Assembly: GCA_944372335.1 (NCBI GenBank)
Contig: CALVYQ010000003.1
Location: forward strand, 1,410 to 65,409
DNA from: an uncultured Clostridia bacterium
GTDB taxonomy: Bacteria > Bacillota > Clostridia > Christensenellales > UBA1242
DNA length: 64,000 nt
Direction: 5' to 3'
Shown: positions 19,315 to 31,466 of the stretch, in pieces
Numbering within the stretch: position 1 is the stretch's first letter
How the letters are laid out: every line of letters starts with the position of its first letter
The notes under the pieces: generated by a model
What the model saw: only the letters and a program-made list of their open reading frames with translations
The model's database searches: none
Told to the model about the DNA's origin: nothing
Translations under genes and position numbers: made by a program

Positions 19315-19902
19315 ATGCTAAAAGCCTTAACCATTAAAGATGATGAAAAGTTTTTAAGACAAATATCTAGTGCTGTTGATTTCAAGGATAAAAATTTGGC
19401 ACAGAACCTTAAAGATATAAAAGAATACTGTGCCGCTAATGATGGATTATATGCAATGGCTTGCATTCAACTTGGTGTTCCAAAAAGAATTGTTTATATA
19501 AAGTCAACAAAGCCAAATGACACAACTGCAAATGCAGAAAACGAACAAGTTTTAATGATAAATCCGGAGATTATTTCGAAAAAAGGTAAAACTGAATTTT
19601 GGGAAGCATGTGTCAGCGGATTAGACAATTTTGGTCTTGTTGAAAGACCTTATGAAATCGTGGTTAAATATCAAAACGAGAATGGAAATATTAAAATTCA
19701 AAAATTTGAAGGGTTTTCTTCTACCGTTATTTCTCACGAACTTGACCACTTGGATGGAATTTTTCATATGGATAGAGCAAAAAAATTATTGCAAATGCCA
19801 GCAAGAGAAAGAATTGAATTTAGAAAGCAACATCCATATAAAATAATTTCAAAAGATTGTGAATTTACTTATAAGCCAATCGAAAAAAATAAAACACTTT
19901 GA
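19315..19902 (+). CDS. def: peptide deformylase (divergent motifs 1 and 2)
   Basis: Motif 3 HELDHLDG, motif 2 EACVSG (consensus EGCLS), motif 1 AMACIQLG (consensus GLAAPQIG). Confidence 0.8.
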   Translation: MLKALTIKDDEKFLRQISSAVDFKDKNLAQNLKDIKEYCAANDGLYAMACIQLGVPKRIVYIKSTKPNDTTANAENEQVLMINPEIISKKGKTEFWEACVSGLDNFGLVERPYEIVVKYQNENGNIKIQKFEGFSSTVISHELDHLDGIFHMDRAKKLLQMPARERIEFRKQHPYKIISKDCEFTYKPIEKNKTL

Positions 19903-20111
19903 TTTTAAATGTTTTGTTTCTAAAAAATATAAAAATGTTATTTGCGAAAAATATTTAAAAAACACTAAAAATTCCATAAAAATAGCGAAAAATTCGTAAA
20001 AATATAGGAAATAAAACTGATTTTTTCGAAAATACCACACTTTAATTTTTAGAAAGAATAAAATTGCGTAAATCATTTTGCAATTTTATTTTTTTTGTTT
20101 ATAATAAAAAT

Positions 20112-20834
20112 ATGTTATTGGCGTCAGTGATTATTTCTTTTGTGGCAAGTGGTATTCTTATTGCCGTTTCCTCGTTCACAAAAAAGAGGGGAGTTTATTA
20201 TATCCTTTTCTCTTCATTGACAATAATCGCCCTTGCTGTAACTATGATTTTGAGTGCAAATTACAACAACAATTTCTTCGGATTCTCTATTGTCTCAATG
20301 ATATCGCTTGTGCCACTTTTTATCCCTCTTTTTGATTTTAAATCTAAACTTGACCAAGCTGAAATTGAGCGTCAAAAAAATCTATATAACTCACAGGAAA
20401 ATAAGAAAAAGAAAAATATCTTTCTCCTGTTTAATGAAAGTGATGGACGCCTATTTGAAAGTTTAGCCCTCTTTTTATCCGCCTTTTTCATTGCTTTTGC
20501 TGGGCTATATCTAGGGAAATTATCACCTTTTGGTATGCTTATGGGCTTGCCTGCGGGAATTATCGGACTTTCTGTCACCTATTTAAGAAATAAGGAGGCA
20601 AATACCTTTGATGTTATTACTAACTTACTCTCCTATGCTGGCGCTGGTATGCTTTTGGGGCAAATAATTTCAGTGTTGATACATTCTATCAGTGCTTCTT
20701 CAATCTTGTATATTATTGCTTGCCTTGCTTTGGCTTCATATATGATAGCCTGCATATACACGAAAGAAAGACGAATAAATGTTGTCCTTTACTGCGTTTA
20801 TCTCTTCCTTTCAATTGCAATTATTATATATTGA
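20112..20834 (+). CDS. hypothetical polytopic membrane protein
   Basis: Several hydrophobic segments. Start chosen at ATG 20112 (MLLASVIISF). Confidence 0.6.
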   Translation: MLLASVIISFVASGILIAVSSFTKKRGVYYILFSSLTIIALAVTMILSANYNNNFFGFSIVSMISLVPLFIPLFDFKSKLDQAEIERQKNLYNSQENKKKKNIFLLFNESDGRLFESLALFLSAFFIAFAGLYLGKLSPFGMLMGLPAGIIGLSVTYLRNKEANTFDVITNLLSYAGAGMLLGQIISVLIHSISASSILYIIACLALASYMIACIYTKERRINVVLYCVYLFLSIAIIIY

Positions 20835-20911
20835 TAAACTTTTTTAAAATTATTGAAGCGTAGAAAAATCTATGCTTTTATTTTTCTTTTAAGATGATTT
20901 TTGTGAACAAC

Positions 20912-20937
20912 AAAAAAACTAGAGCGTTACGCCCTAG
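20912..20937 (-). terminator. terminator downstream of tRNA-fMet
   Basis: Minus strand: ctagggcg-taa-cgctctag (one G-U pair) followed by tttttttg. Confidence 0.6.
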
Positions 20938-20946
20938 CCATAATTT

Positions 20947-21023
20947 TGGTTGCGAGGGTTGGATTTGAACCAACGACCTTCGGGTTATGAGCCCGACGAG
21001 CTTCCGAGCTGCTCTACCTCGCG
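20947..21023 (-). tRNA. initiator tRNA-fMet (anticodon CAU)
   Basis: Reverse complement is CGCGAGGTAGAGCAGC..TCGGGCTCATAACCCGA..GGTTCAAATCC..CCTCGCAACCA. It has the C1:A72 mismatch and three G-C pairs closing the anticodon stem, both initiator hallmarks. Confidence 0.95.
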
Positions 21024-21033
21024 ATGCAACTTT

Positions 21034-21063
21034 ATTATAGAATAATATATTTATCTTTGTCAA
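21034..21063 (-). promoter_or_regulatory. consensus sigma-A promoter of tRNA-fMet
   Basis: Minus strand reads TTGACA-18 nt-TATAAT, 10 nt before the tRNA 5' end. Confidence 0.7.
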
Positions 21064-21092
21064 GTATTATTCTAAAAAAAATTGCTTTTTTC

Positions 21093-22301
21093 CTATCTAT
21101 CTAGACTTTTTGTTTTCTTCGCCTCCATTTTTTCGACCTTATTTAAAGTGTTTAAAATTAATTTGGAACTTGACTGCATTCCTTTGTAAAATATTTCTAC
21201 TAAGTCATCTAAATCATGTTCTTCAACCGCTTTATTTATAGCATTGAAATATCCTTGACGGTCGCCATGTTTTATTGATATCGTCGGTAATTCATTAAGA
21301 ATTAGCAAATAATTAGACAATATTCTTGCCGTTCTTCCGTTTCCATCCATAAATGGATGAATTCTTATAAATTCTGCATGGAACAACGCAGACAGTTCAA
21401 TAGGACTAACTTTTGAATTTAATTTTCCATTATAAATAGTTTTACAAAGTGCTTCCAAATTCGGAACAATGCTCCTATCATTGGTTGGAACCCAATTTGC
21501 TCCCTTCACAAAAATAAAGGTATTTCTAAATCTTGTGCATTCATTTCCCGAAATTAAACCATTCACATACAATATTAGCTCGATTAGTTCGTCTGTCTTC
21601 TGTTTTGGCGTTTTGGTTATTCCTTTTTTATTAAAGTATATATCTTGCTTTGCACATTTGTAAGCAAATTTTAACGCTAGGAATTGACGCATTAATTCTG
21701 GGGAAATTAAATGTTTTTCCTTGCCTTTATATACTAGCAATAGTCCGTCTTTAACCACATTATCATCGCCACTTGTAAAATATTTGTCTATTTCAATTAA
21801 TTTCTTAAAATATGCATATCTATCAAATTCTATTGAATCTGGATCCGTATCGACAAGCTCTCTAACTTTTAAACGGAAATCAAAAAAATCAAAGGATTCT
21901 TCTAAGAAAATACCCTCTATGGCATTGCTTTCACGGAGTAAATCAAGCCATATATTCATATTAAAGCTTTTTAGTCCACTCAAATCATACTTTTTAGCCT
22001 TTAAAGATTCTTCTTTTGTTGCTATTTCACATAAAGCCTGATTTAATTTTGTGTAATTACGCTCATTAAAGGAATACATACGAGTATTAGTGTAATCGCT
22101 GTGCTTCGGCTTCGGTTCTATAAAGATTTTAATTTTATCACTATATTCTTTATCAATCTTTTCGTCATCCAGCTTATTGTCAATTTTTGACAATATTCTA
22201 TATACTTGCGCTTTTTTCTGCTCCTCAGCTGTTTGCTCTTTTTTAACCTTTCTTATCATTTTATTCATATCTACATCCTTTATTTTTATTTTATCATACA
22301 T
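21093..22301 (-). CDS. Fic family protein (class II layout with N-terminal inhibitory motif)
   Basis: Canonical Fic motif HPFMDGNGRTAR, and an upstream SNAIEG matching the (S/T)xxxE(G/N) inhibitory helix. Start is either 22301 or 22316. Confidence 0.88.
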   Translation of the reverse strand: MYDKIKIKDVDMNKMIRKVKKEQTAEEQKKAQVYRILSKIDNKLDDEKIDKEYSDKIKIFIEPKPKHSDYTNTRMYSFNERNYTKLNQALCEIATKEESLKAKKYDLSGLKSFNMNIWLDLLRESNAIEGIFLEESFDFFDFRLKVRELVDTDPDSIEFDRYAYFKKLIEIDKYFTSGDDNVVKDGLLLVYKGKEKHLISPELMRQFLALKFAYKCAKQDIYFNKKGITKTPKQKTDELIELILYVNGLISGNECTRFRNTFIFVKGANWVPTNDRSIVPNLEALCKTIYNGKLNSKVSPIELSALFHAEFIRIHPFMDGNGRTARILSNYLLILNELPTISIKHGDRQGYFNAINKAVEEHDLDDLVEIFYKGMQSSSKLILNTLNKVEKMEAKKTKSLDR

Positions 22302-22343
22302 CTTTATGCCTGTCAATATGTAAAGTTATTTTTGTCTTTTTGC

Positions 22344-22372
22344 TTGTAATTTTTTCTTATATATGTTATAAT
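22344..22372 (+). promoter_or_regulatory. sigma-A type promoter of gyrB (extended -10)
   Basis: TTGTAA-17 nt-TATAAT, preceded by TGt. Confidence 0.55.
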
Positions 22373-22389
22373 ATAGTATATTTATATAA

Positions 22390-24408
<2,019 letters not shown>

Positions 24409-24438
24409 TTATGTTTATTCAAAAATTTAGGAGAGAAA

Positions 24439-24750
24439 ATGATTAAAATCAAAAGGAAAAGCCCTTATCAAATTTTTTTAGATACCTATGGCGAAGAAGC
24501 ACAACTTGATATGGCAATCGAAGAGATGAGCGAACTTATTAAGGCTATATGTAAGTATAAAAGATTTTATAAGACTGCCAACGCAAGCGAAAAAGAAAGG
24601 CTAGTTAATGATATAATCGAAGAAACGGCAGATGTCGCTCTCAATATTGAAAAACTTGCATATATTTTCGACACACAAAAGGTGGAAGAGATGAAGGAGT
24701 TTAAGTTAACTAGAGGGCTTGAACAAGCAAAATCGGTGAAAAAGGAGTGA
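24439..24750 (+). CDS. MazG-like all-alpha NTP pyrophosphohydrolase (small, 103 aa)
   Basis: Acidic motifs EEMSEL ... EETADV, spaced as in MazG/YpjD-type proteins. Confidence 0.6.
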   Translation: MIKIKRKSPYQIFLDTYGEEAQLDMAIEEMSELIKAICKYKRFYKTANASEKERLVNDIIEETADVALNIEKLAYIFDTQKVEEMKEFKLTRGLEQAKSVKKE

Positions 24751-24753
24751 AGT

Positions 24754-25068
24754 ATGGACAAAAAACAAGAAAATCCTTACAAAAACTTTATGGATACTTT
24801 TGGTGATGATTACATTATGCGTATCAGCATTGAAGAGTTAAGCGAACTTATTAAGGCTATATGTAAGTATAAGAGAAAATGCGAGGATGTTGACACTGAT
24901 GAAAAAGAACTTCGCTATAAAATCTTAGACGGAATTGCCGATGTCGAAATCTGCATTGAAGAACTTGCCTATATGTTTGACGGCTTTGACGAAATCAATA
25001 AAATTAAATATGAAAAAATTGAAAAAGGTGCTGAAAGAGCGATAAAATTTAAAGAGAGGAAAAAATGA
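24754..25068 (+). CDS. MazG-like paralog with degenerate second acidic motif (104 aa)
   Basis: About half of residues are identical to the upstream gene by eye. EELSEL is retained, but the second motif is DGIADV instead of EETADV. Confidence 0.55.
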   Translation: MDKKQENPYKNFMDTFGDDYIMRISIEELSELIKAICKYKRKCEDVDTDEKELRYKILDGIADVEICIEELAYMFDGFDEINKIKYEKIEKGAERAIKFKERKK

Positions 25069-25487
25069 CCTTACAGGAATATATCACAAAATATAAAATC
25101 AAATTGCCCAAAGATAGAGGCAGTGTTGAGATGTTTTTCTTTGATGGCTTTGGAATTAAAGAAGTTATAAAATTACAGTTTGTTTCAAAAAAAGAATTTG
25201 AATGTTTATCAGTTTTACATGACTACTTAACAATAAATAAAGATGTAAATTTACCAGATGCTTATAAGGAACTTGCTTCAAACAAAAAATTAAAAGAATA
25301 TTTTTCATTGATTAAGCAAAGTTCCATGGAAGAAACTTTTGAAATTCTTGATAAGATAAGATCACAGAATCCAATGGATATAGCTAGAAAAATCAATAGT
25401 CGTCGAAAATTAGACAACATAGTAAAAAATGACGAAAAACTTAGAAAAAACAGAGTGTTTTTAGGAAAGGAAAAAGATGAGCAATAA
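25065..25487 (+). CDS. hypothetical protein (140 aa)
   Basis: ATGA overlap with the preceding gene and an 11-nt overlap with the gyrA start. Confidence 0.6.
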   Translation: MTLQEYITKYKIKLPKDRGSVEMFFFDGFGIKEVIKLQFVSKKEFECLSVLHDYLTINKDVNLPDAYKELASNKKLKEYFSLIKQSSMEETFEILDKIRSQNPMDIARKINSRRKLDNIVKNDEKLRKNRVFLGKEKDEQ

Positions 25488-28038
25488 AAAAGAAGAAGAG
25501 AAGAAAAGTTTAAAAGAGTTAATGGAAAATGAAAAAGTCGAAAAGGTGGAAGTGATTGGAGAACTTAAAAAGTCCTTCATATCATACGCTATGGCGGTAA
25601 ATGTCAGCCGTGCTATTCCTGATGTTAGAGATGGCTTAAAGCCGGTGCATAGACGTATTCTTTTCAGTATGGGCGAACTTAATAATTTTTACGATAAGCC
25701 TCATAAGAAGAGTGCCAGAATTGTCGGTGAAGTTATGGGTAAATACCACCCTCACGGTGATAGTTCTATCTATGATGCACTTGTAAGACTTGCTCAGGAC
25801 TTTTCTATTCGTTACCCACTTGTTGACGGCCATGGAAACTTCGGCTCTGTCGATGGCGACCCACCAGCTGCTCAGCGTTACACAGAAGCAAGGCTAAGCA
25901 AGATTGCCTCTCTTATGCTTGAAGATATCGACAAGGAAACGGTGGATTTCTATCCTAACTTTGATGACACCTTGATGCAACCAACCGTACTCCCTGCTAA
26001 ATTCCCTAACCTACTTGTAAACGGGGCTGACGGCATTGCTGTCGGTATGGCAACAAACATTCCTCCGCATAACTTAAAAGAGGTAATAAGTGGTGTTCAA
26101 GCCCTTATAGACAATCCTGATATAGATATTGATGAACTTATTAAGATTATCCCTGCCCCTGACTATCCAACCGGTGGAATAATTATGGGCAGAACCGCAG
26201 TTAAGCACGCCTACAAGACAGGGCGTGGCGGAATTCTGGTGCGTGGCAGAGCAGAAATTGAGGAAACAAGCTCTAATCGTCAGAGAATTGTTATAACAGA
26301 ACTTCCATATCAAGTGAATAAGGCTCGCTTCATCACACAAATTGCTGATTTGGTTAAGAATAAAAAACTTGAAGGCATCAGCGATATCAAGGAAGAGAGC
26401 GACAGAGAAGGACTTAGAGTTGTTGTCGATGTTAAAAAGGACGCCAACGCTCAGGTAGTTTTAAATTCACTCTATAAACACACCATGCTTCAACAATCAA
26501 GCGGTATCATTATGCTTGCCCTTGTAAATGGCGTGCCAAGAGTTTTGAACTTGAAGGAGATGCTCTACTACTATCTTGAACACCAAAAGGAAGTTTTGAT
26601 ACGTAAAACTAAATTTGACCTTAAAAAGGCAAAAGAGCGTGAACATATTGTCAAGGGCTTAGTTATCGCACTCGCTTCAATCGATGAGGTTGTCAGAGTT
26701 ATTAAAGCATCTAAGGATAAGAATGACGCTAGAGTCAACCTTGTAAATAACTTTGAATTAGACGAAATTCAGGCAAACGCCATTCTTGATATGACTTTGA
26801 GTAAGCTTACCAATTTGGAAGTAGAAAAGTTAAAGGACGAACTTGCTGAACTTGAAAGAAAGATTGAGGACTTACAAAACATATTGGATACCCCTGCACG
26901 AGTTTTACAGATAATAAGAGATAATCTTGAAGAGATTAAAAATGCCTACGGTGATGAAAGAAAGACTGAGATAAGTATGGAAATGGGCGGAATTGACATT
27001 GAGGACTTAATCGCCGAAGAGGACGTTATCGTTTCTATGACACACCTAGGCTATATCAAGCGTATGGCAATGGACGAATACAAAGCTCAACATCGTGGAG
27101 GAGTTGGTATAACCGCTCACAAGACAAAAGATGAGGATTTTGTGGAGAAGATATTTGTCACCTCCACACACGACAACCTTTACTTCTTCACAAATTTAGG
27201 CAAGGTATATTCACTTAAGGCTTATGAGATTCCAGAAGCTCAAAGACAAGCTAAAGGAAGAGCGATGATTAACCTTATTGAACTTTCACTCGGTGAAAAA
27301 GTGGCAACAATTATACCGGTTAAGAAGGATACTAAAGGTAATCTCATAATGGCAACAAAGAATGGACTTATCAAGAAAACCCCATTAAAAGAATATGAAA
27401 ATATAAGAAAGGGCGGAAAAATTGCCATAAAACTCTTGGACGGTGATGAACTTATCGGCGTTGATGTAACCTCAGGACGTGATGATATCTTGATTGGAAG
27501 TCGTGAAGGAAAATGCATTCGCTTTAATGAAACAGACGTCAGAGAAGTTGGAAGAGACAGCCAAGGTGTGAGAAGTATGAAACTTAGTGCAGATGATGCC
27601 GTGATTGATATGGCTGTTTTGCACGAAGATAAGAAAATTGTAACTATCTCTGAAAATGGCTATGGCAAGCAGACTGAGACTGATGAATTTAGACTTCAAC
27701 AACGTGGCGGCATGGGTGTTAAAGCTGGCGTGTTCAACGAAAAAACAGGTAAACTTATCGCACTTAAAGAAGTTGATGAAAATTCTGACCTTGTTATGAT
27801 TGCAGATAACGGCGTGATAATTAGAACTCATGTTTCAGATATAAGCACCATATCTCGTGTCAGCCAAGGCGTTAAAGTTATGAAACTTAGAAATGGCTCT
27901 CACATTGTCAGCGTAGCAGTGACCAGACGTGAAGATGACGAAGAAAATACCGAAGAAATTGATACTGATGAATTAACCGAGCAACCTGAAACTAACGAAG
28001 AAGAACAAGTTATCTCCACTGATAATGAAATAGAATAA
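25477..28038 (+). CDS. gyrA: DNA gyrase subunit A
   Basis: [55 protein letters not shown] (catalytic Tyr region), a repeated C-terminal beta-pinwheel region and an acidic tail. Confidence 0.97.
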   Translation: MSNKKEEEKKSLKELMENEKVEKVEVIGELKKSFISYAMAVNVSRAIPDVRDGLKPVHRRILFSMGELNNFYDKPHKKSARIVGEVMGKYHPHGDSSIYDALVRLAQDFSIRYPLVDGHGNFGSVDGDPPAAQRYTEARLSKIASLMLEDIDKETVDFYPNFDDTLMQPTVLPAKFPNLLVNGADGIAVGMATNIPPHNLKEVISGVQALIDNPDIDIDELIKIIPAPDYPTGGIIMGRTAVKHAYKTGRGGILVRGRAEIEETSSNRQRIVITELPYQVNKARFITQIADLVKNKKLEGISDIKEESDREGLRVVVDVKKDANAQVVLNSLYKHTMLQQSSGIIMLALVNGVPRVLNLKEMLYYYLEHQKEVLIRKTKFDLKKAKEREHIVKGLVIALASIDEVVRVIKASKDKNDARVNLVNNFELDEIQANAILDMTLSKLTNLEVEKLKDELAELERKIEDLQNILDTPARVLQIIRDNLEEIKNAYGDERKTEISMEMGGIDIEDLIAEEDVIVSMTHLGYIKRMAMDEYKAQHRGGVGITAHKTKDEDFVEKIFVTSTHDNLYFFTNLGKVYSLKAYEIPEAQRQAKGRAMINLIELSLGEKVATIIPVKKDTKGNLIMATKNGLIKKTPLKEYENIRKGGKIAIKLLDGDELIGVDVTSGRDDILIGSREGKCIRFNETDVREVGRDSQGVRSMKLSADDAVIDMAVLHEDKKIVTISENGYGKQTETDEFRLQQRGGMGVKAGVFNEKTGKLIALKEVDENSDLVMIADNGVIIRTHVSDISTISRVSQGVKVMKLRNGSHIVSVAVTRREDDEENTEEIDTDELTEQPETNEEEQVISTDNEIE

Positions 28039-28048
28039 AATAAATAAA

Positions 28049-28080
28049 ACGCATTAAATTTTTGTTTAATGTGTTTTTTA
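28049..28080 (+). terminator. rho-independent terminator of gyrA
   Basis: acgcattaaa-tttttg-tttaatgtgt (one G-U pair) followed by ttttt. Confidence 0.7.
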
Positions 28081-28109
28081 TTGACGAATATATATTTATT
28101 TGCTAAAAT
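28081..28109 (+). promoter_or_regulatory. sigma-A type promoter placing the TSS at or next to the xth ATG
   Basis: TTGACG-17 nt-TAAAAT. The -10 ends 6 nt before ATG 28116 and no SD sequence is present. Confidence 0.55.
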
Positions 28110-28115
28110 CATTTT

Positions 28116-28916
28116 ATGAAAATTATGACTTATAATATCAACGGCATACGAGCAAGTGTGAAATTAGGACTTAAAGATTTTATTGCAGATTATGATGCGG
28201 ATATTTATTGTTTTCAAGAGGTACGCTGTAATGAAAAGCTTGCAAGAGAGGTTCTTCTTGATGAAAATTCTCAGATTAGCCTATTTGACACAAGCAATAA
28301 TAGCCCTTTAGGTCAATACAACGCCTTTTTTAACTGTGGCGAAGTGCCAGGCTATGCTGGAACATTGACTCTATCAAAAATCAAGCCAGACAAAGTCATC
28401 TATGGTATGGGCGAAATTTGGCAAGATAATGAGGGTCGCACCACAACTATTTTTATTGGCAATTTAGCGATAATCAATGCTTACATACCGAATGGCAACA
28501 GTAGGCTGGATTTTAAGATGAAGTACCTTTCGGCATTAAATAAATTTATACAAAATCTAAAAGAAAATTATGAAGTGATATGCGTAGGCGATTTTAACAT
28601 TGCTCACAATGAAATCGATTTAACAAATCCAAAAGAATGTAAAAATAAATCAGTGTTCTTGCCAATTGAAAGACAGGCTTTTGACGAGTTATTAAATTTG
28701 GGCATGGTTGACTCGTTTCGCCATTTAAATCCAAAGGAAATAAAATATTCGTGGAGAAGTTATCGTTCCACCTACGATAAAAGCTATAATAGTTGGAAAT
28801 ATCGCATTGACTATATTCTTGCGAGCAACAATTTAAAATCCGCCATAACTTACAGTGATATTTTAGATGTTAATTATAGCGACCACCTCCCTGTCGTAGC
28901 CAATTTACAAAAATAA
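28116..28916 (+). CDS. xth: exodeoxyribonuclease III
   Basis: MTYNINGIRA N-terminus, GDFNIAHNEIDL, and C-terminal SDHLPV. Confidence 0.9.
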   Translation: MKIMTYNINGIRASVKLGLKDFIADYDADIYCFQEVRCNEKLAREVLLDENSQISLFDTSNNSPLGQYNAFFNCGEVPGYAGTLTLSKIKPDKVIYGMGEIWQDNEGRTTTIFIGNLAIINAYIPNGNSRLDFKMKYLSALNKFIQNLKENYEVICVGDFNIAHNEIDLTNPKECKNKSVFLPIERQAFDELLNLGMVDSFRHLNPKEIKYSWRSYRSTYDKSYNSWKYRIDYILASNNLKSAITYSDILDVNYSDHLPVVANLQK

Positions 28917-28957
28917 ATTTTAATAAAAACTAAAAAAATAAGCTAATAAAAAATTTT

Positions 28958-28993
28958 TTCTGTGAAAAAAATAAAGAATCACAGAAGTTTTTT
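28958..28993 (+). terminator. rho-independent terminator of xth
   Basis: ttctgtga-13 nt-tcacagaa followed by gtttttt. Confidence 0.65.
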
Positions 28994-29077
28994 ATATTTT
29001 TATTAAAAATCCTTTATTTTTCTATTTGTTTTATGATATAATTTATGCGAAAAAAATTTTACTGTTTTGGAGAGGAT

Positions 29078-31096
29078 ATGAACAATAAGATTTTAGATAA
29101 AGAAAAAAAATATCTCAGCTCTGTTCATAAGGTTATTGACGAAAATTATGAGAAGTGTCAAAAAACTTATGACAACAATTTAATTCAAATAAACAATTAT
29201 AAAAAATATTTTGCAGAAAACTTTTACGAAATAAATAAAGATGGTGGAGAAATTGCTGAAATAAACTTACAGATAGAAAGTTTTGAGCAGAATAATCTCA
29301 CTCTCACTAAACTTGCTAATCGTCTCAAGAAACAGCAAAAATCTCCATTTTTTGGCAAGTTTGATTTTAAAGCTGATGGCGAAAAAGAGCCTACTAGTTA
29401 CTATATAGGCATTGGGCATCTTCAAAATGAGGATCATATAAATTTGGTGTATGACTGGCGTGCCGATATCTCCTCTCTATATTATGACGATGTTTTAGGT
29501 CGAACCTCCTACACCTGCCCTGAAGGCGAAATAAAAGGCGAACTTTCACTTAAAAGACAATTTAAGATAGAACAAGGTGTTATGAGATACTATATCGACA
29601 GCAGTCTTGTCATTGATGATAATATTTTGATGGAAGAGCTATCCAAAAACTCCTCAGCTAAGATGCATGATATTGTTTCCACCATTCAAAAAGAGCAAAA
29701 TACCTTGATAAGAAGTAGCGAACTTAAAAATACCATAGTTCAAGGCGTCGCAGGCTCTGGAAAAACTTCCGTCGCTATGCACCGTGTAAGCTATCTATTA
29801 TATAAATATCGCAAGACACTTAAGAATGAAGATGTTTTAATACTCTCTCCTAGCGAACTTTTTGCCGACTATATTGACGAAGTTTTGCCATCACTTGGAG
29901 ATGATAAGCCTTTTACGACCACCTTTTTCACTATGGCTAAGAAACTACTTGGAAAAGACTTTATCTCTCGTGAGATTATGCTTGACAGATTGATAACCTC
30001 TGGCACTCAAAAGGATTTTGAAAATATCGCCATAAAATATAGTTTTGAGTTTTTAGAGGACTTTAAAAACTTTTTAAATAACGATATCTGTAATCTATTT
30101 ATGCCTAAAACCATGGTGTTTGGCAATCTTATAATCGAAGAGGAAGAAATTAGAGATATCTACTATAACAAACTAAAAAATCTTCCAATATACAAGCGTA
30201 TAGAAGCCATTGCAGAACACATTGTTGACCTCTTCAACGTTCCACCTTCAAAGAATATCAACTTTTATAATCGTGCAAAGAAACTTTTGTATAATAAAAT
30301 GATAACAACAGATTGCATCAGAATTTACAATATCTTTCTTCGCTCTATGGAACTAGATGAAATAGAAGAAATTAGTGCCTACGATATTGCACAAATACTT
30401 CTCATCAAGGAAAATTTGTTTGGCTTTAATCATAATTATGACGCAAAATATGTGATTGTTGATGAGATGCAAGACTATTCACCTTGCCATTTCTACCTTT
30501 TTGAAAAACTTTGGCACTGCCCAAAGATGTATCTTGGTGATATCAATCAAAGTATTGATAAAAATTTATCAAAAGACTATCTTAATATGCTTTCAAAGGA
30601 GATTAGGGCAAAGATATACTATTTAAACAAGTCCTATCGAAGCACCATACAAATCTCAAAATTTTCTCAAAAAATTTTAGGTAAAAAAATTGCCAATAAC
30701 GTCAATAGAAACGGTGATGAGGTCAAATTCTATAACACCAAAGATACTGTAAAAAAGATTGAAAAAATTGCCAAGGAACACACTGACCAGACAGTTTGCG
30801 TGGTATGCAAAAATATGAAAGAGATTAAAGCTTTGCAAAACGCAAGTAAAGTTCTTAAGACTTTTGAAGTATTAGATGAAGAAAAGGAGATGACAGAAAG
30901 CAAAACACTTATGAGCACAATAATAAATGCAAAGGGTGTTGAGTTTGACGTTGTAATTATCCCTTTTGCAAACGAAGAAAATTATCATAACGAACTAGAT
31001 AGAAATCTTCTCTATGTTGCCTCCACAAGAGCCTTGCATCATCTATATTTTATTGCAGATAAAAAGCCAAGTAGATATTTAATTAAATCAAAATAA
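29078..31096 (+). CDS. helD: HelD-like UvrD-family helicase (RNA polymerase recycling motor type)
   Basis: Walker A VQGVAGSGKTSVAMHRVSYLLY, VIVDEMQDYSP, and C-terminal GVEFDVVIIP and LYVASTRALHHLY. GGAGAGG RBS before ATG 29078. Confidence 0.85.
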   Translation: MNNKILDKEKKYLSSVHKVIDENYEKCQKTYDNNLIQINNYKKYFAENFYEINKDGGEIAEINLQIESFEQNNLTLTKLANRLKKQQKSPFFGKFDFKADGEKEPTSYYIGIGHLQNEDHINLVYDWRADISSLYYDDVLGRTSYTCPEGEIKGELSLKRQFKIEQGVMRYYIDSSLVIDDNILMEELSKNSSAKMHDIVSTIQKEQNTLIRSSELKNTIVQGVAGSGKTSVAMHRVSYLLYKYRKTLKNEDVLILSPSELFADYIDEVLPSLGDDKPFTTTFFTMAKKLLGKDFISREIMLDRLITSGTQKDFENIAIKYSFEFLEDFKNFLNNDICNLFMPKTMVFGNLIIEEEEIRDIYYNKLKNLPIYKRIEAIAEHIVDLFNVPPSKNINFYNRAKKLLYNKMITTDCIRIYNIFLRSMELDEIEEISAYDIAQILLIKENLFGFNHNYDAKYVIVDEMQDYSPCHFYLFEKLWHCPKMYLGDINQSIDKNLSKDYLNMLSKEIRAKIYYLNKSYRSTIQISKFSQKILGKKIANNVNRNGDEVKFYNTKDTVKKIEKIAKEHTDQTVCVVCKNMKEIKALQNASKVLKTFEVLDEEKEMTESKTLMSTIINAKGVEFDVVIIPFANEENYHNELDRNLLYVASTRALHHLYFIADKKPSRYLIKSK

Positions 31097-31309
31097 AATT
31101 ACACTTTTAAATGTAATTTTATTTTTTTGATATATGATTATATTTAAATAACGAATTTTTATTCATAAATTTTAGCTATATAAAATTTTGTAAATTACTG
31201 AATTTAAATCTTATGCATACTTTCTCTTCTTTATTCCTATTTTTATGTTAAATATTTTCACTACAAAAGGCTTAAAACCACGAAAATTGTAACAAAAGCC
31301 CAAAATTAA

Positions 31310-31401
31310 TGTGGAAATGTGGATAACTCATGTGGATATCTCCGATTTTATACACATTGTATAAAGATAAAATCTTATGTATAAAAATTTATTGTGGATA
31401 A
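31310..31401. promoter_or_regulatory. DnaA-box cluster (5 boxes)
   Basis: TGTGGAAAT 31310-18 (2 mismatches), TGTGGATAA 31318-26 (perfect), TGTGGATAT 31331-39 (1 mismatch), TTATACACA 31348-56 (1 mismatch, opposite orientation), TGTGGATAA 31393-401 (perfect). Confidence 0.75.
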
Positions 31402-31437
31402 TTTTTGACTAACTTTTGTATTTTTCTTTACCAACAA

Positions 31438-31466
31438 TTGACTTTTCAGTATAATAGCGTTATACT
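31438..31466 (+). promoter_or_regulatory. sigma-A type promoter of hisS-metG
   Basis: TTGACT-17 nt-TATACT. Confidence 0.5.

Noticed and set aside
20878-21063. ORFs overlapping tRNA genes (20878-21063 over tRNA-fMet; 14665-14871 over tRNA-Glu; the N-terminal 56 codons of 49963-50670 over tRNA-Ser).
   Set aside because: The sequences fold into canonical tRNAs with their own promoters, so the ORFs are translation artefacts. The 49963 gene was re-started at ATG 50502.
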